A stretch of 63,785 nucleotides of DNA, counting the filler, from Octopus bimaculoides (Eukaryota): NCBI RefSeq assembly GCF_001194135.2. It is 5 parts of 5 records of this genome, joined end to end, with 100 filler letters (N's around TTAATTAATTAA, not from the genome) between each part and the next. Parts side by side here need not be neighbours in the genome. Positions count along the whole stretch, not along the records: positions 1 to 29,527 come from NC_068989.1; positions 29,628 to 47,432 come from NC_068981.1; 3 more parts are not named here. One strand, given 5' to 3'. The stretch's first letter is position 1. Each line of letters begins with the position of its first letter. The translations under genes were made by a program, and so were the position numbers. This document shows positions 24,414-36,050 of the stretch, in pieces. Below the pieces are notes generated by a model. The model saw nothing but the letters and a program-made list of their open reading frames with translations. It ran no database searches and had not been told where the DNA came from.

Positions 24414-24569
24414 AAATTTGGTAAATTTTCAGATTAACACCAGCACGATCTTCACTAGGGGGTTAGGGAATTCCGTCCCTAACCACAACCCTAACCGTAA
24501 CCCTAGCCCTAACCCTAACACCCAAGTGAAAATCGTGCAGATGTTAATCTGAAAATTTATCCAAAATTT
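24414..24569. repeat. Inverted-repeat element with telomere-like (CCCTAA)n core
   Basis: Arms 24414-24456 and 24525-24569 are near reverse complements; the core contains GGTTAGGG and about 6 degenerate CCCTAA units. Confidence 0.8.
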
Positions 24570-25203
24570 CATAAAAAATATGCGTGAGCTAGTTTTCTTA
24601 GTTCATTTTCGTTACAGTTATACAAGTTATCTGTGTCATAAATGTGTTATATTTTGTTGTTGTTGGTTTACCAAAGTGACCCATCAGGGGACCGTCCTAA
24701 GGCATGGAAACACTAGCAGTTGCCCTGGGACCCGGTGGGTCTATGTATATTGTGGATTGTTGTCAATAAGTAAATCCTGTAGGGCCCGTTGCATAGATTT
24801 ACCCAGGGGGCCTACAATGCTGCAAAGAGGACTTTGTGTCCATTCTGTTGAAGATACGGTAAGACAACTGCTGTCCTGATGACATCTATTAAGAGAGAAA
24901 TCTGTGTCCAGATGTTTTTCTGTGTTTTCCTTGATATGTCAATTTTGGAGACTTCTTAATACTTGAGACAGTCCCCACTTCTTAGTTGGTACTAATCTGC
25001 TATTAATGGGTGGATCTATCCTCTTGGGAAGCAGAGACAATTTCAATAAATCTAATAATTTATTTTGTATGTTACTGGATATACATTAATTCGCCTTCGT
25101 TATTCAAATACATATTTTCATTTAGCACGTTACTGTGCACAGAAATGGATGAAAAACAATGTTTGTTTGTACAGAGAAATGAAATGCCGGTGGCACAAAA
25201 ATG

Positions 25204-25917
25204 TCAAATGTATATTGTTTTGGAAAGTTTCTTTGGCCAATGCACTGTCCGGCCAGATCTAGTGACATAAGGGTCACTTGAGTTTTGTCGCAACGACGAA
25301 GGTGGAGTGGTTTCTGGTGTGTGTGTTTGTGATGGTATTGATGTTGGTGTATGCATTGGTAAAGATGTTGACAGTGGTGTGTGTGGTGGTAAAGATGTTG
25401 ACAGTGGTGTGTGTGGTGGTAATGATGCTGACAGTGGTGTGTGCGGTGTTTGAAAAACGGGCACGTCGTCCACGGAAGTTGAGGGTTTGTCAAGGTAAGC
25501 TCTTTTCAGACGGTCGACAGACAATCTATGTACGACCATTAGCGTCGACCTTGAAGAAATTCAACCCGAGACTGCGGGTTGGGCGAGGCGCGTAAGGCAG
25601 CCTTAAGTTGCCTATGAAATCGCTCAACCATCCCATTAGAAGCGGGATGGTAGCTGGTGGTGCGTATACGATGCCTTCGATGAAGGGAGTGGAAGATAGG
25701 TAAATTTACAATTGTTGAATTTTGGCGAAGTTAAATCTAACGTCGACAAAAGAGTTTGGTCCTGCGAAATAGCAAGTAAATCAATTGTTGCAGGAGAGGA
25801 AATAGAATTGACAGGGTGTCTCGTGAGAGCATCAACAGGGATGTTCTGCTTCCCTGGCAAATGACCGTGAAATATAGTCCAGGTAACTTGTTCATTCGTA
25901 CGCGCACACACAAACAC
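25204..25917 (-). mobile_element. Internally deleted Ty3/Gypsy pol remnant
   Basis: RNase H end (HLPGKQNIPVDALTR), then integrase RIRTTSYHPASNGMVERFHRQLKAAL, then SVDRLKRAYL and YVTRSGRTV. No LTR was recognised. Confidence 0.88.
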
Positions 25918-26367
25918 ACAAGCCGTTCATTTTCACTTTTAGACAGCGGGATGAAGTGGCGAGGGGCGTATGAATCAAAAACTAGTTGAGTACTGGGGTC
26001 GATCTAATCGACTTTCCCTCCCCCAAAATTCCGGGCCTTTGCCTAGTAGAAAAGAATATAAATAATGAACATAATAAAAGTTGACAATTTTTTTTTTTAT
26101 CTTATATTTATTTTGTAAATAAATAATACAATATTACATAAGCATTTTATAATGTTTCTTTCTTTTCTGGAAACTCGTCACGTACAGGCAGCTGATGGCT
26201 CGCGGGCCACCACTATGAGTAGCACTGGTCTAAGCTATCGTGCAAGTCTGTAGAAAGCATACAGTATTCTGAACGAGCGACATTTGGTTGAATACTTGCC
26301 TTCTTTAGGATTTCTTGCTCTAAATTTATTTTACTATGTTTTGAACGCATTTTTATTTATGTTGGTA

Positions 26368-26505
26368 GAGGTGAAGAATACACACACCACCCATTTTTGG
26401 CGTAACCCTGACCTGGCGAAGGTAAAGAATACACACACCCGGTGCTTAAGGTTAAGCTTAGGATTACACTGAAAACGGGTGGTGTGCGCATTCTTTACCT
26501 TCGCC
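26368..26505. repeat. Inverted-repeat element with a duplicated arm and degenerate telomere-like units
   Basis: Perfect 16-bp IR GGCGAAGGTAAAGAAT (26415-30) / ATTCTTTACCTTCGCC (26490-505); a further direct copy starts at 26368. Confidence 0.75.
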
Positions 26506-26691
26506 TGCGTTGTATGTATATGTTAAACTGACAAGCAAGTGTAAAACGCTTAAGTTTTTGGGTGAAAAGCGAAACTGCATCCATGACATTGAGATTGAAC
26601 TAACAAAAATCCAAGATTATATTAGAGATTTTATTTTATCCCCCGGTCTCCTCATGTAAGCATCTCTCATTTCAGCTAGGTTAACCATGTT

Positions 26692-26838
26692 CACTAGCAT
26701 AGCTAGAGTGTGTGCCACCCGGGGTGGCCCTTCCGTTTGCCGCACCTGGACCCCACAGAAAAAAACACATATTGCCAAAAGCGCCACCCGAGGCAGAATG
26801 CCTCTACCGCCCCCCCCCACCAACTAGGTACGCTGGTG
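26692..26838. mobile_element. hAT-type non-autonomous element with 8-bp TSD
   Basis: Perfect TSD ACCATGTT at 26684-91 and 26839-46; imperfect ~14-bp TIRs CACTAGCATAGCTA / TAGGTACGCTGGTG. Confidence 0.8.
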
Positions 26839-27816
26839 ACCATGTTACTAAAGGCTTCAGCATTTACTGATACATGCATGAGCCACTGAGAGAGACATGC
26901 TGTATTCCTAGGACCTGATAAAAACAGCTACTAAATCCTCATAAATTCTACTCTACTAGCTTTAAAAAAGACCAGGACACCTTAGATAATGAAGTCATTG
27001 GTGCTGTTAAAAAGATGCAATGGTTAGGTTGGAATACTTTTGATCGTGTATCGATGCTAACCTGTTTATAAACGATGATGATGATGATGATTAACATTCT
27101 TGTACCTTGAGAATTTGCCCTGGCACATCACCACCATCTCCCTCACTCTCTCTTGTTCTCTCCTACTCTCACCCTCACTCTTTCTTCCCCTTTCTCTCTC
27201 CCTCTGACTAGGGTAACCATCTATCTCCTCAACAGTAAGACACCTGTTTCTGTCCCTCTATCATACATTAACTTCTCATCATATGACACAAAGCCACCAA
27301 CTTCAATACCATTCCCCATCTCATCTGAAGGATCTTTGTCCTGTAGGTTACTTGGAGAAGAAATCAGTATCTTCAAGCAAATTGTCACTGTTATTGTTGT
27401 TTAATGCCTATTTTTCCATGCTTGCATGAGTTGGAATTATCTATGGTTGGATGAGTCGGATTATCTATAGTTGGGTGCCCTTCCTACTGCCAGTCCTTAC
27501 CTATTTCCAGGCAAGGTAATATTTCTCCATGGCCAGACATATTTTTCACAGAAGAAACAAATTGTTTGAAACAAACAACTTCGCTTGTGTGACGGTGATG
27601 CTCGCACGCAGCCATCAGGTGATGTCAAGAAAAGGGAGCATACACACACACAAACACAACACATTTTTTTCAGTTTAGTCTACCAAATTCTCTCACAAGA
27701 CTTTGGTTGATCCAGAGCGATAGTAGAAAACACTTGCCTAAGGTGCCACACAATGGCACTGAATGCAAGACCACATGGTTAGGAAGTAAGCTTCTTAACT
27801 ACACAACCATACTAAG

Positions 27817-27995
27817 TCTGTTGTATCTGGGGAGAGTCATTTTCTTTTTGTGCCTTATAATGTAACACACTCACCGGTAAAATTTCCACTTATTTCTTAT
27901 TTTTATTTTCCTAAAATTTTCGTTGCGCCTTGCACAGGTGAGTGTGTTAAATTATAAGGCACGAAAAGAAAATGACTCACCCCAGACACAACAGA
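27817..27995. mobile_element. MITE with ~60-bp terminal inverted repeats
   Basis: tctgttgtatctggggagagtcattttctttttgtgccttataatgtaacacactcacc pairs with ggtgagtgtgttaaattataaggcacgaaaagaaaatgactcaccccagacacaacaga. Confidence 0.85.
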
Positions 27996-28514
27996 ATATG
28001 CTTCAACACACAAACTCACATAAAGAATCTTGTAAACCAAATCCATAAACAAAACATACTAAGTTTGTTCTCTGTTTATATTTGCTGCACCCTCAAGTAA
28101 CCTGATGAAGTTTTAGGTCTATTAATCCAACAGGGGTATAGTATTTCTCTCTCTCTCCTTTCACTCACTCTACCCCTTGGCATCACCAGAAAGGGCAAGA
28201 ACGAGTGGGTTTGATCTTTGTTTACTTTGTTTCAGCGAATCTCAATACAAGATATATTTATGTTGATGGATATATTGATTTGCTATATCCCTGTTCTGTC
28301 AGGTTACTAGGCTATGAATGTTGATTTCCTTTCTTTTATCTTAGCAATATTTTCCATTCACACTCACGCCAGACTACATATGTAATCTTGTTCTGTTTTG
28401 TGAATTAAAAATGTATAGGACAATCTAAGCCACTGATATAAAAATATTGATATAAAAAAAAGAAAACAAGCTGGATCCAGCTGGATGTTTGTAAACATAG
28501 ATATGCTTAGTCAG

Positions 28515-28965
28515 GAATGGTGGTTGGCACTCCATTGGTTACGACGTCGAAGGTTCCAGTTGATCCGATCAACGGAACAGCCAGCTCGTGAAATTAACGT
28601 GCAAGTGGCTGAGCACTCCACAGACACGTGTACCCTTAACGTAGTTCTCGGGGGAGATTCAGCGTGACACAGAGTGTGACAAGGCTGGCCCTTTGAAATA
28701 CAGGCACAACAGAAATAGGAAGAAAGAGTGAGAGAAAGTTATTTCACATTTCTCAGGTCCGCTCAACAGGCAAATATGAGCAGTATCTGTAATTCGGGGG
28801 TCCAGCTTTGACACATTCTGTGCTACACCGAATTTCTCTGAGAACAACATTAAGGGTAGAAGTGTCTGTGGAGTGCTCAGCCACTTGCAGATTAATTTCA
28901 TGAACAGGCTACTCCATTGATCAGACCAACTGGAACCCTTGTCATTGTAACTGATGGAGTACCAG
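28515..28965. mobile_element. Inverted pair of SINE-body copies
   Basis: 28858-28965 is the reverse complement of ~28530-28635; same family as 52690-52860. Confidence 0.75.
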
Positions 28966-29386
28966 TTGTGCTTAATTGCATGTTTTGATAGTTTACCAGC
29001 AGCTAGTGAGCAAACACAACACAGAGAAATACTGTATATGTCAGCATCCAGGATTTAAGGTTCACATTTTATAGCTGGATCTAATGATAGATCTTTGTGG
29101 GGTGGGGGTTAAGATTAAAAGGCCATCATATATATCCACATGTATACAGTAGTCTTTATCTTAAAGACTTTCTCCTTTTAAATGGCAATGTCACATGGAA
29201 CTTTTGCATGTAATGGTATTAGAAACAGAGTGGTGCCAAAACAATTGTAAATGGTCATAAAAGATGTGCCAAAATCTTTTATTGTCTTCTTGTTTGACTT
29301 ATATACTGGAGTGTATCTATCATTCTATCATGTTACCATCCAACCCATGCCAGCATGGAAAATGGACGTTAAAGGATGATGAAAGA

Positions 29387-29433
<47 letters not shown>

Positions 29434-29490
29434 CAGACACACACACATATATACATACATATACTTGTATACATACATATACTTGTATAC

Positions 29491-29527
<37 letters not shown>

Positions 29528-29627
29528 NNNNNNNNNNNNNNNNNNNNNNNNNNNNNNNNNNNNNNNNNNNNTTAATTAATTAANNNNNNNNNNNNNNNNN
29601 NNNNNNNNNNNNNNNNNNNNNNNNNNN

Positions 29628-29663
<36 letters not shown>

Positions 29664-29696
29664 CATATATATATACATCTATATGTATATATATAC

Positions 29697-29736
<40 letters not shown>

Positions 29737-31129
29737 ATTTATATATGGACATGTGCGCGCGCGCGCATGTGTGAGTGCGTCTCTGTGTTTCTGGTTGGGA
29801 TGGTGGTGATGATGGTGGTGGTTTATTATATCAAAAGTTGGCAATCTGCTCACAGATTGGCCCCAGGCTGGGCTGTGCAACGGCGAACAGCCCTGCCTGG
29901 GGCGAAACTATGAATGGACTTTTGATACAGAAACAGCTCTCAATTCTTGCCCACATATTGAGTTATATATCAGATAACGTTTGGCCTTTAACGTGAAATA
30001 TATTTTAATATAGTTCATAACACCTACTTAACTATGTCTTTCTCTCTGTCTTTTTAGACATGCATACATGCATACAGGCGCACGCATATATATATATATG
30101 TATGTGTGTGTGTGTGTGTGTGTGTGNNNNNNNNNNNNNNNNNNNNNNNNNNNNNNNNNNNNNNNNNNNNNNNNNNNNNNNNNNNNNNNNNNNNNNNNNN
30201 NNNNNNNNNNNNNNNNNNNNNNNNNNNNNNNNNNNNNNNNNNNNNNNNNNNNNNNNNNNNNNNNNNNNNNNNNNNNNNNNNNNNNNNNNNNNNNNNNNNN
30301 NNNNNNNNNNNNNNNNNNNNNNNNNNNNNNNNNNNNNNNNNNNNNNNNNNNNNNNNNNNNNNNNNNNNNNNNNNNNNNNNNNNNNNNNNNNNNNNNNNNN
30401 NNNNNNNNNNNNNNNNNNNNNNNNNNNNNNNNNNNNNNNNNNNNNNNNNNNNNNNNNNNNNNNNNNNNNNNNNNNNNNNNNNNNNNNNNNNNNNNNNNNN
30501 NNNNNNNNNNNNNNNNNNNNNNNNNNNNNNNNNNNNNNNNNNNNNNNNNNNNNNNNNNNNNNNNNNNNNNNNNNNNNNNNNNNNNNNNNNNNNNNNNNNN
30601 NNNNNNNNNNNNNNNNNNNNNNNNNNNNNNNNNNNNNNNNNNNNNNNNNNNNNNNNNNNNNNNNNNNNNNNNNNNNNNNNNNNNNNNNNNNNNNNNNNNN
30701 NNNNNNNNNNNNNNNNNNNNNNNNNNNNNNNNNNNNNNNNNNNNNNNNNNNNNNNNNNNNNNNNNNNNNNNNNNNNNNNNNNNNNNNNNNNNNNNNNNNN
30801 NNNNNNNNNNNNNNNNNNNNNNNNNNNNNNNNNNNNNNNNNNNNNNNNNNNNNNNNNNNNNNNNNNNNNNNNNNNNNNNNNNNNNNNNNNNNNNNNNNNN
30901 NNNNNNNNNNNNNNNNNNNNNNNNNNNNNNNNNNNNNNNNNNNNNNNNNNNNNNNNNNNNNNNNNNNNNNNNNNNNNNNNNNNNNNTATATATATATATA
31001 TATGTCTGTGTGTGTGTGTGTGTGTGTGTGGGAACAGGACATCATGAAACGTGTACAACAAAATATTACAAAATATTGTTGGAACGTGTTTGATCATGTC
31101 ATAGTTCTGCTTGATCAGATCAAGCTTGG

Positions 31130-31350
31130 AGTTAAATAGCGTCTGCTTTTCTCTTCTACTCTAGGTACATGGCCCGAAATTTTGTGGGAGGTGGGGCAGT
31201 CGATTAGATCGACTCCAGTACGCAACTGGTACTTAATTTATCGACCCCGAAAAGATTGAAGGCAAAGTCGACCTCAGTGGAATTTGAATTCAGAACGTAA
31301 AGACAGACGAAATACTACTAAGCATTTCGTCCGGCGTGCTAACGTCTGCT
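31130..31350 (-). mobile_element. Same SINE family, CpG-intact copy
   Basis: Minus strand acgttagcacgccggacgaaatgc...gaggtcgactttgcc...ggggtcgataaattaagtacc...gtcgatctaatcgact. Confidence 0.8.
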
Positions 31351-31369
31351 TTTCTGTCATATTGATAAC

Positions 31370-31405
31370 TTCCCTCCTCCACCTCCATCTCTCTGTCTCT
31401 GTCTG

Positions 31406-31462
<57 letters not shown>

Positions 31463-31781
31463 TACTTGACAAACACTTCCCCCTGCTCCTTCCATCATCG
31501 CTTCTACCTCTTCTGTGTTTCCTTGACAAACTCTTCTCAGAAATCTCTATCTCTCCGTTATCTTAATAAGCAGCCCCTGCTCCATCTTTCGACTCCTTTC
31601 CTATGTATGCCTCAACATTATCTCTCTCTCTCTTACTCTCTCTCTTGTTCTCTCTCTCTTGTTCTCTCTCTCTCTCTTGTTCCCTCTCTCTTTCTTGTTC
31701 TCTCTCCCTCTCTTGGCTCTCTCTCTCTCTCTTGTTCTCTCTTGTTCTCTCTCTCTCTCTCTTGTTCTCTCTCTCTCTCTT

Positions 31782-31827
<46 letters not shown>

Positions 31828-32100
31828 TCTCTCTCTTTCCTCCTTTCTGTCTCTGTATCCCTCTCGTTGTCTCTATCTCTTTGTCTCGTTGGATCCTCTT
31901 CTTAAACCTTTACAGTAAATATTTACAATTACACTGCATGAAGCTACTTCTCGCCCTAATCTTTCTCCTCCTTCCCTCTCCCCGTCTTTTTCTCCCCCCC
32001 TCTCTCTCAATGTATATCTCTCACCCATTCTCATTCTCTCTCTGTCCATATCTGTCTATCTGTCTCTCTTGCCCTCTCTCCTTTTCCGTGCATTTTCCCC
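31370..32100. repeat. (CT)n-rich polypyrimidine tract
   Basis: Pure (CT)n followed by interrupted tctcttgttctctc units. Confidence 0.95.
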
Positions 32101-33682
32101 TCGAGTTATTTACCCTTTCGTTTTACAACCACCGTTAATTCCCCATATGTTTGTTATTCAGTACTTTTGTTTGCATCCAGATCAACACTGAAGCCTTTTC
32201 GAGTTAATTTCACCTGCAGTCATCTAGAGTCACACTTCACCTCTCCTCCGCCGCCACCTTGTGACATTGGGTAAAGAAAAAGATTCAGTCACTAAGGTGT
32301 TGTACAAAATCACAGTTCCTGCAATAGAATCAAATTCGACACAAAATTCAGACTAAAGAAAAATTGTTGTTTAATCCCGCGTCAGTCACGATCCAAAAGG
32401 CCCATGATAAAAAAATAATGTTCTATTCGTTACCAAGAGCTAGATTGTCTAAACCGTCTTTCCTTTCTTTTAAATTTTTAATACGAAAGGGTGTGATTTA
32501 TTAGTAATAGCAGTTAAAGCCTGCATCAAATCACGCACACTCTACCATCAGGAAAAAAGAGAGTGACTGTCATATTGAAGGACCAAATATGCTACGTCTA
32601 AAGACAGGATTGTCCTAATTGAAATGTCTTTGGTCATAGCGCGCACAGATGTAGATGGAGAAAGAGCGAGAACGAACGAGTGAAAGATTAAAACGTCTTA
32701 TGTCAAATAAGTCAGCATCGAATGAACGACGTCGAGTAAGCGGCGTGAAAACAGCTACGCTACAGCGTCGTCTCATACCCGTTTCTTACATCCCTCGTGT
32801 GCATTTTTCAAGTGAAGGCCGTCAACAGTTATAACCAAATCATAAGCTAAAACATTGCAACTAAAAATTTCATACAACAAATGATGGCAGATGACAGAAA
32901 AGTTTAAAGTGCTGGACTATTTAGTGATGTCAGCAGTCTCGACTTCGTCTTGTATTCCTACGCAGTCAACATAATAAGTTCCACGTGTGTAGCGAAGTTT
33001 ATTCGTTCAACAATATATCTACTTCGTTTGCAACTTTTGTGACAGCGTTAATCAATCAATACCTCACAACAGTCAGTACAGGTGGCGCTTTCATTTGTTG
33101 GTGAAATTTCAATAGAATTGTTTACACAATATCAGGTGCTGCTAACAATGTGCTGTCTAATCTTGATTTATGTATAATAGATAATTACTATTTTATCTTT
33201 GTTAAATGTTAAATTAGTTAAAATAAAGTCACTAAGCACTAAGATATAGTAAGCAATATTAACGATGGTTTATGGCGGATATTTTGTGAAGGGTTCGATG
33301 GAACTTTGAATAAAACTCATGATATTCGAGTTCTTATTTCGAATCCAAAGGAGATCAGTTTTTTCCTTTCATTTACTCCAGATTAGTTTTAATGCCATGG
33401 ATTTGTGACACACAGGGTCATGTATAGTGCAACACAGCCGTCAGATTTATTTCTTAATAGCCCTAAATATATCATTGGTGGTGGTGGTATTGTGGCTTAG
33501 ATCCAGGCCTATCCTGAATGAGTAGATGCATACTCAAAGCGTTCCATTCATGACCAACTAATCTTATTTTCAATCATACTGCAAGCGTATTATATAGAGT
33601 GCCCTTCTGTATTTAACACTATACGCTTCATTTAAGACACATCTGCCTGCTATTTCTAGGATGTCGAGCGACAACCTAGAAG

Positions 33683-33899
33683 CAGTGATTCTCAAGCTTT
33701 TTAATATCCGGGTCAGATTTAAAACCTGGATGTTTTTTTTTTNNNNNNNNNNGGGAGGGGCAGCACCCTAACGAAAAAGTAAAACACAAGTAAATTAAAG
33801 AAAAAATTATTATATTTGTAGAGGGAATCTCGCAGAGGGCCGCTGGAAGAATGCTTGAAGGTCGTATGCGGATCGGAGAGCCGCGGCCGGGAACCGCTG
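33683..33899. mobile_element. hAT (Charlie-like) MITE remnant
   Basis: Ends CAGTGATTCTCAA and GGGAACCGCTG resemble Charlie TIRs; the TSD does not match. Confidence 0.5.
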
Positions 33900-34354
33900 A
33901 CTCCTTTCCATGTCATACTGCGTTTCGACGTGGAAGATCAACCGGTGCACTCCGGTTTTCAAAGGGAACAAACCATACACTGCATCTTACAGTTGCCATA
34001 CACTATACACCTCATTAATCCATATCAACTTTCATTTTCCCAACCGTGACCATCATACCAGATTATCGAAATTAGTATAGCACTGAATGCATTAGCCGAT
34101 GTAATCAGTAATACAGGGAGATTTAGTTGCTGAGATTGTTGTTGATGTTATTTAGCCCAAGGTCAGTACAGACAGAACAAACTTATGGTCAAATACATTC
34201 TGGCCGTGATCATTTCATCGTTCTTTCAGACAGTGTAATGTCTTCAATTTTGAAGCCTGCAGGATGTAATTTGGGGGATGCTTAGCTGCTATTTTTAGCA
34301 AGTGGAGACTCAACCGTGACATCTGGCGCATCTCTTGAAACTGTTCAATCAATT

Positions 34355-34355
34355 G

Positions 34356-34395
<40 letters not shown>

Positions 34396-34520
34396 CACTA
34401 CCACTACTACTACTACTACTACTACTAGTAGCAGCAGTAGTAGTAGTAGTAGGAAGTGGAGGAGGACGAAGGGGAAGTAGTAGTAGTAGGAAGAGGACGA
34501 CGAAGGGCAGTAGTAATGGT

Positions 34521-34554
<34 letters not shown>

Positions 34555-34743
34555 TGAGGAGGAGGGGCAGTAGTAGTAGTAGTTGCAGCAGCAGTAGCAG
34601 TAGTAGTAGTAGTAGGAGGTGGACGAGGGGCAGTAGTAGTAGTATGAGGAGGAAGGGCAGTAGTAGTAGTAGTAGTAGTAGTAGGATGAAGGGCAGCAAT
34701 AGTAGTAGTAGTAGCAGTGGTAGTAGTAGTAGGAGGAGGAGGG

Positions 34744-34792
<49 letters not shown>

Positions 34793-34855
34793 CAGCAGCA
34801 GCAGCAGCAGTAGTAGTATTAGTAGTAGTAGTAGTAGTAGTAACGCTAGCTATTA
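34355..34855. repeat. Compound trinucleotide microsatellite (TAC)n/(TAG)n/(AGC)n/(AGG)n
   Basis: Direct inspection; explains the poly-L, poly-S and poly-T ORFs in the track. Confidence 0.95.
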
Positions 34856-35844
34856 GCAGAAGTTCCTCAAATAGCACTTTCGAATGAAGAATGCTCCCCT
34901 CCACCGTCAGACACACACACAAAAAAAAAACAGACACCCACGACAATATATTTCAAGACGGCGTTAACTAATTTTGACCCCTTTCACCTCATTTGTCTGG
35001 GAATAAAATAAGGAAAACTACTATTTATGGCACACATCTCTGACAAACAGAAGCCTCCTACCTCCAGCAACCCTTTCTCACCAATCGTCACCTTTCTTCG
35101 CTTCCACCCACTAAGAGCAGGCGGGCCTTCAGATAAGGGCCAATCTGAAATGTTGGTCCTATTTTACAATGTTATCTTTAACTGTGGTTTAGTAGCAATT
35201 TATAGAGACAAGCTAAATAACAGATTTATTTCTTCTTTTAAACATACATACATACGTATGGATGTGTGTACGTACGTACTATGTATGTATATATGTACGC
35301 GCATATATGTGTGCATATGTGTTTGAATATGAATGTGTGTGTGCACGCGTAGTTATGTATGGTGCATTCAAACTGATATTTACTGTTGTCGAACAGATAA
35401 AGATGAGAAAATTCAAATAGTTTTCGAATGCGAACTTCATCTACGTCAACTGGATTCATTTTCTCGCATCTCACGTTTCATGCCACTATCATCACCAAGC
35501 ATGAACACCACTCACACACGCACACACGCACACACACACAGTTGGATGGATGTGTGTATGTTTGTCCCTTCACTGATTTACAACTGCTTTTGGTTTGTTT
35601 ACGTTCCCGTAGTTTGCTTGATCGGAAAATGCCATGGTTGTACTTTATCATTAACCGTTTCGTTTCGCTATTGCAGCGAAACAGTCTCTGTATTGTACTT
35701 GGTGTAGCAGTAAACTTTACCATCTTATGCCACCTATTGTCAGCTAGTAAAACAGAACGTAGCAATAGATTGTTGATTCCCACAGCACCTTTTACGGCCA
35801 CGTCGACTGTGTTCACTTTTGATCACTATTTACATCCAGCTAAA

Positions 35845-36050
35845 ATAGTAGGTCACATATATTGGTTGCCAGAACCACGCCATTCTGAAACAGCTTTCAA
35901 ATGGACGCCACTGGAGAGAGAAAAAGAAAAGGAGGCCGACTGAAAACTCCATGGTGCAAAACATTAGTAAGTGACATGAGAGGGGCCCAATATCACATGG
36001 CCGGATGTAGAGAAAACTGCACCCATCAGAAACCAATGGCATCAACCAGA
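35845..36050 (+). mobile_element. RTE-clade LINE 3' fragment
   Basis: With frameshifts reads GHI.WLPEPRHSETAFKWTP.ERKRKGGRLKTPWCKTLVSDMRG..ITWPDVEKTA, the W.P.G.R..GRP...W motif of RTE elements. Confidence 0.7.

Noticed and set aside
29572-29583. TTAATTAATTAA island between N runs, repeated at 47477-47488, 57544-57555 and 62342-62353
   Set aside because: An identical 12-mer flanked by similar-length N runs that places stops in all six frames: an assembly linker, not biology.
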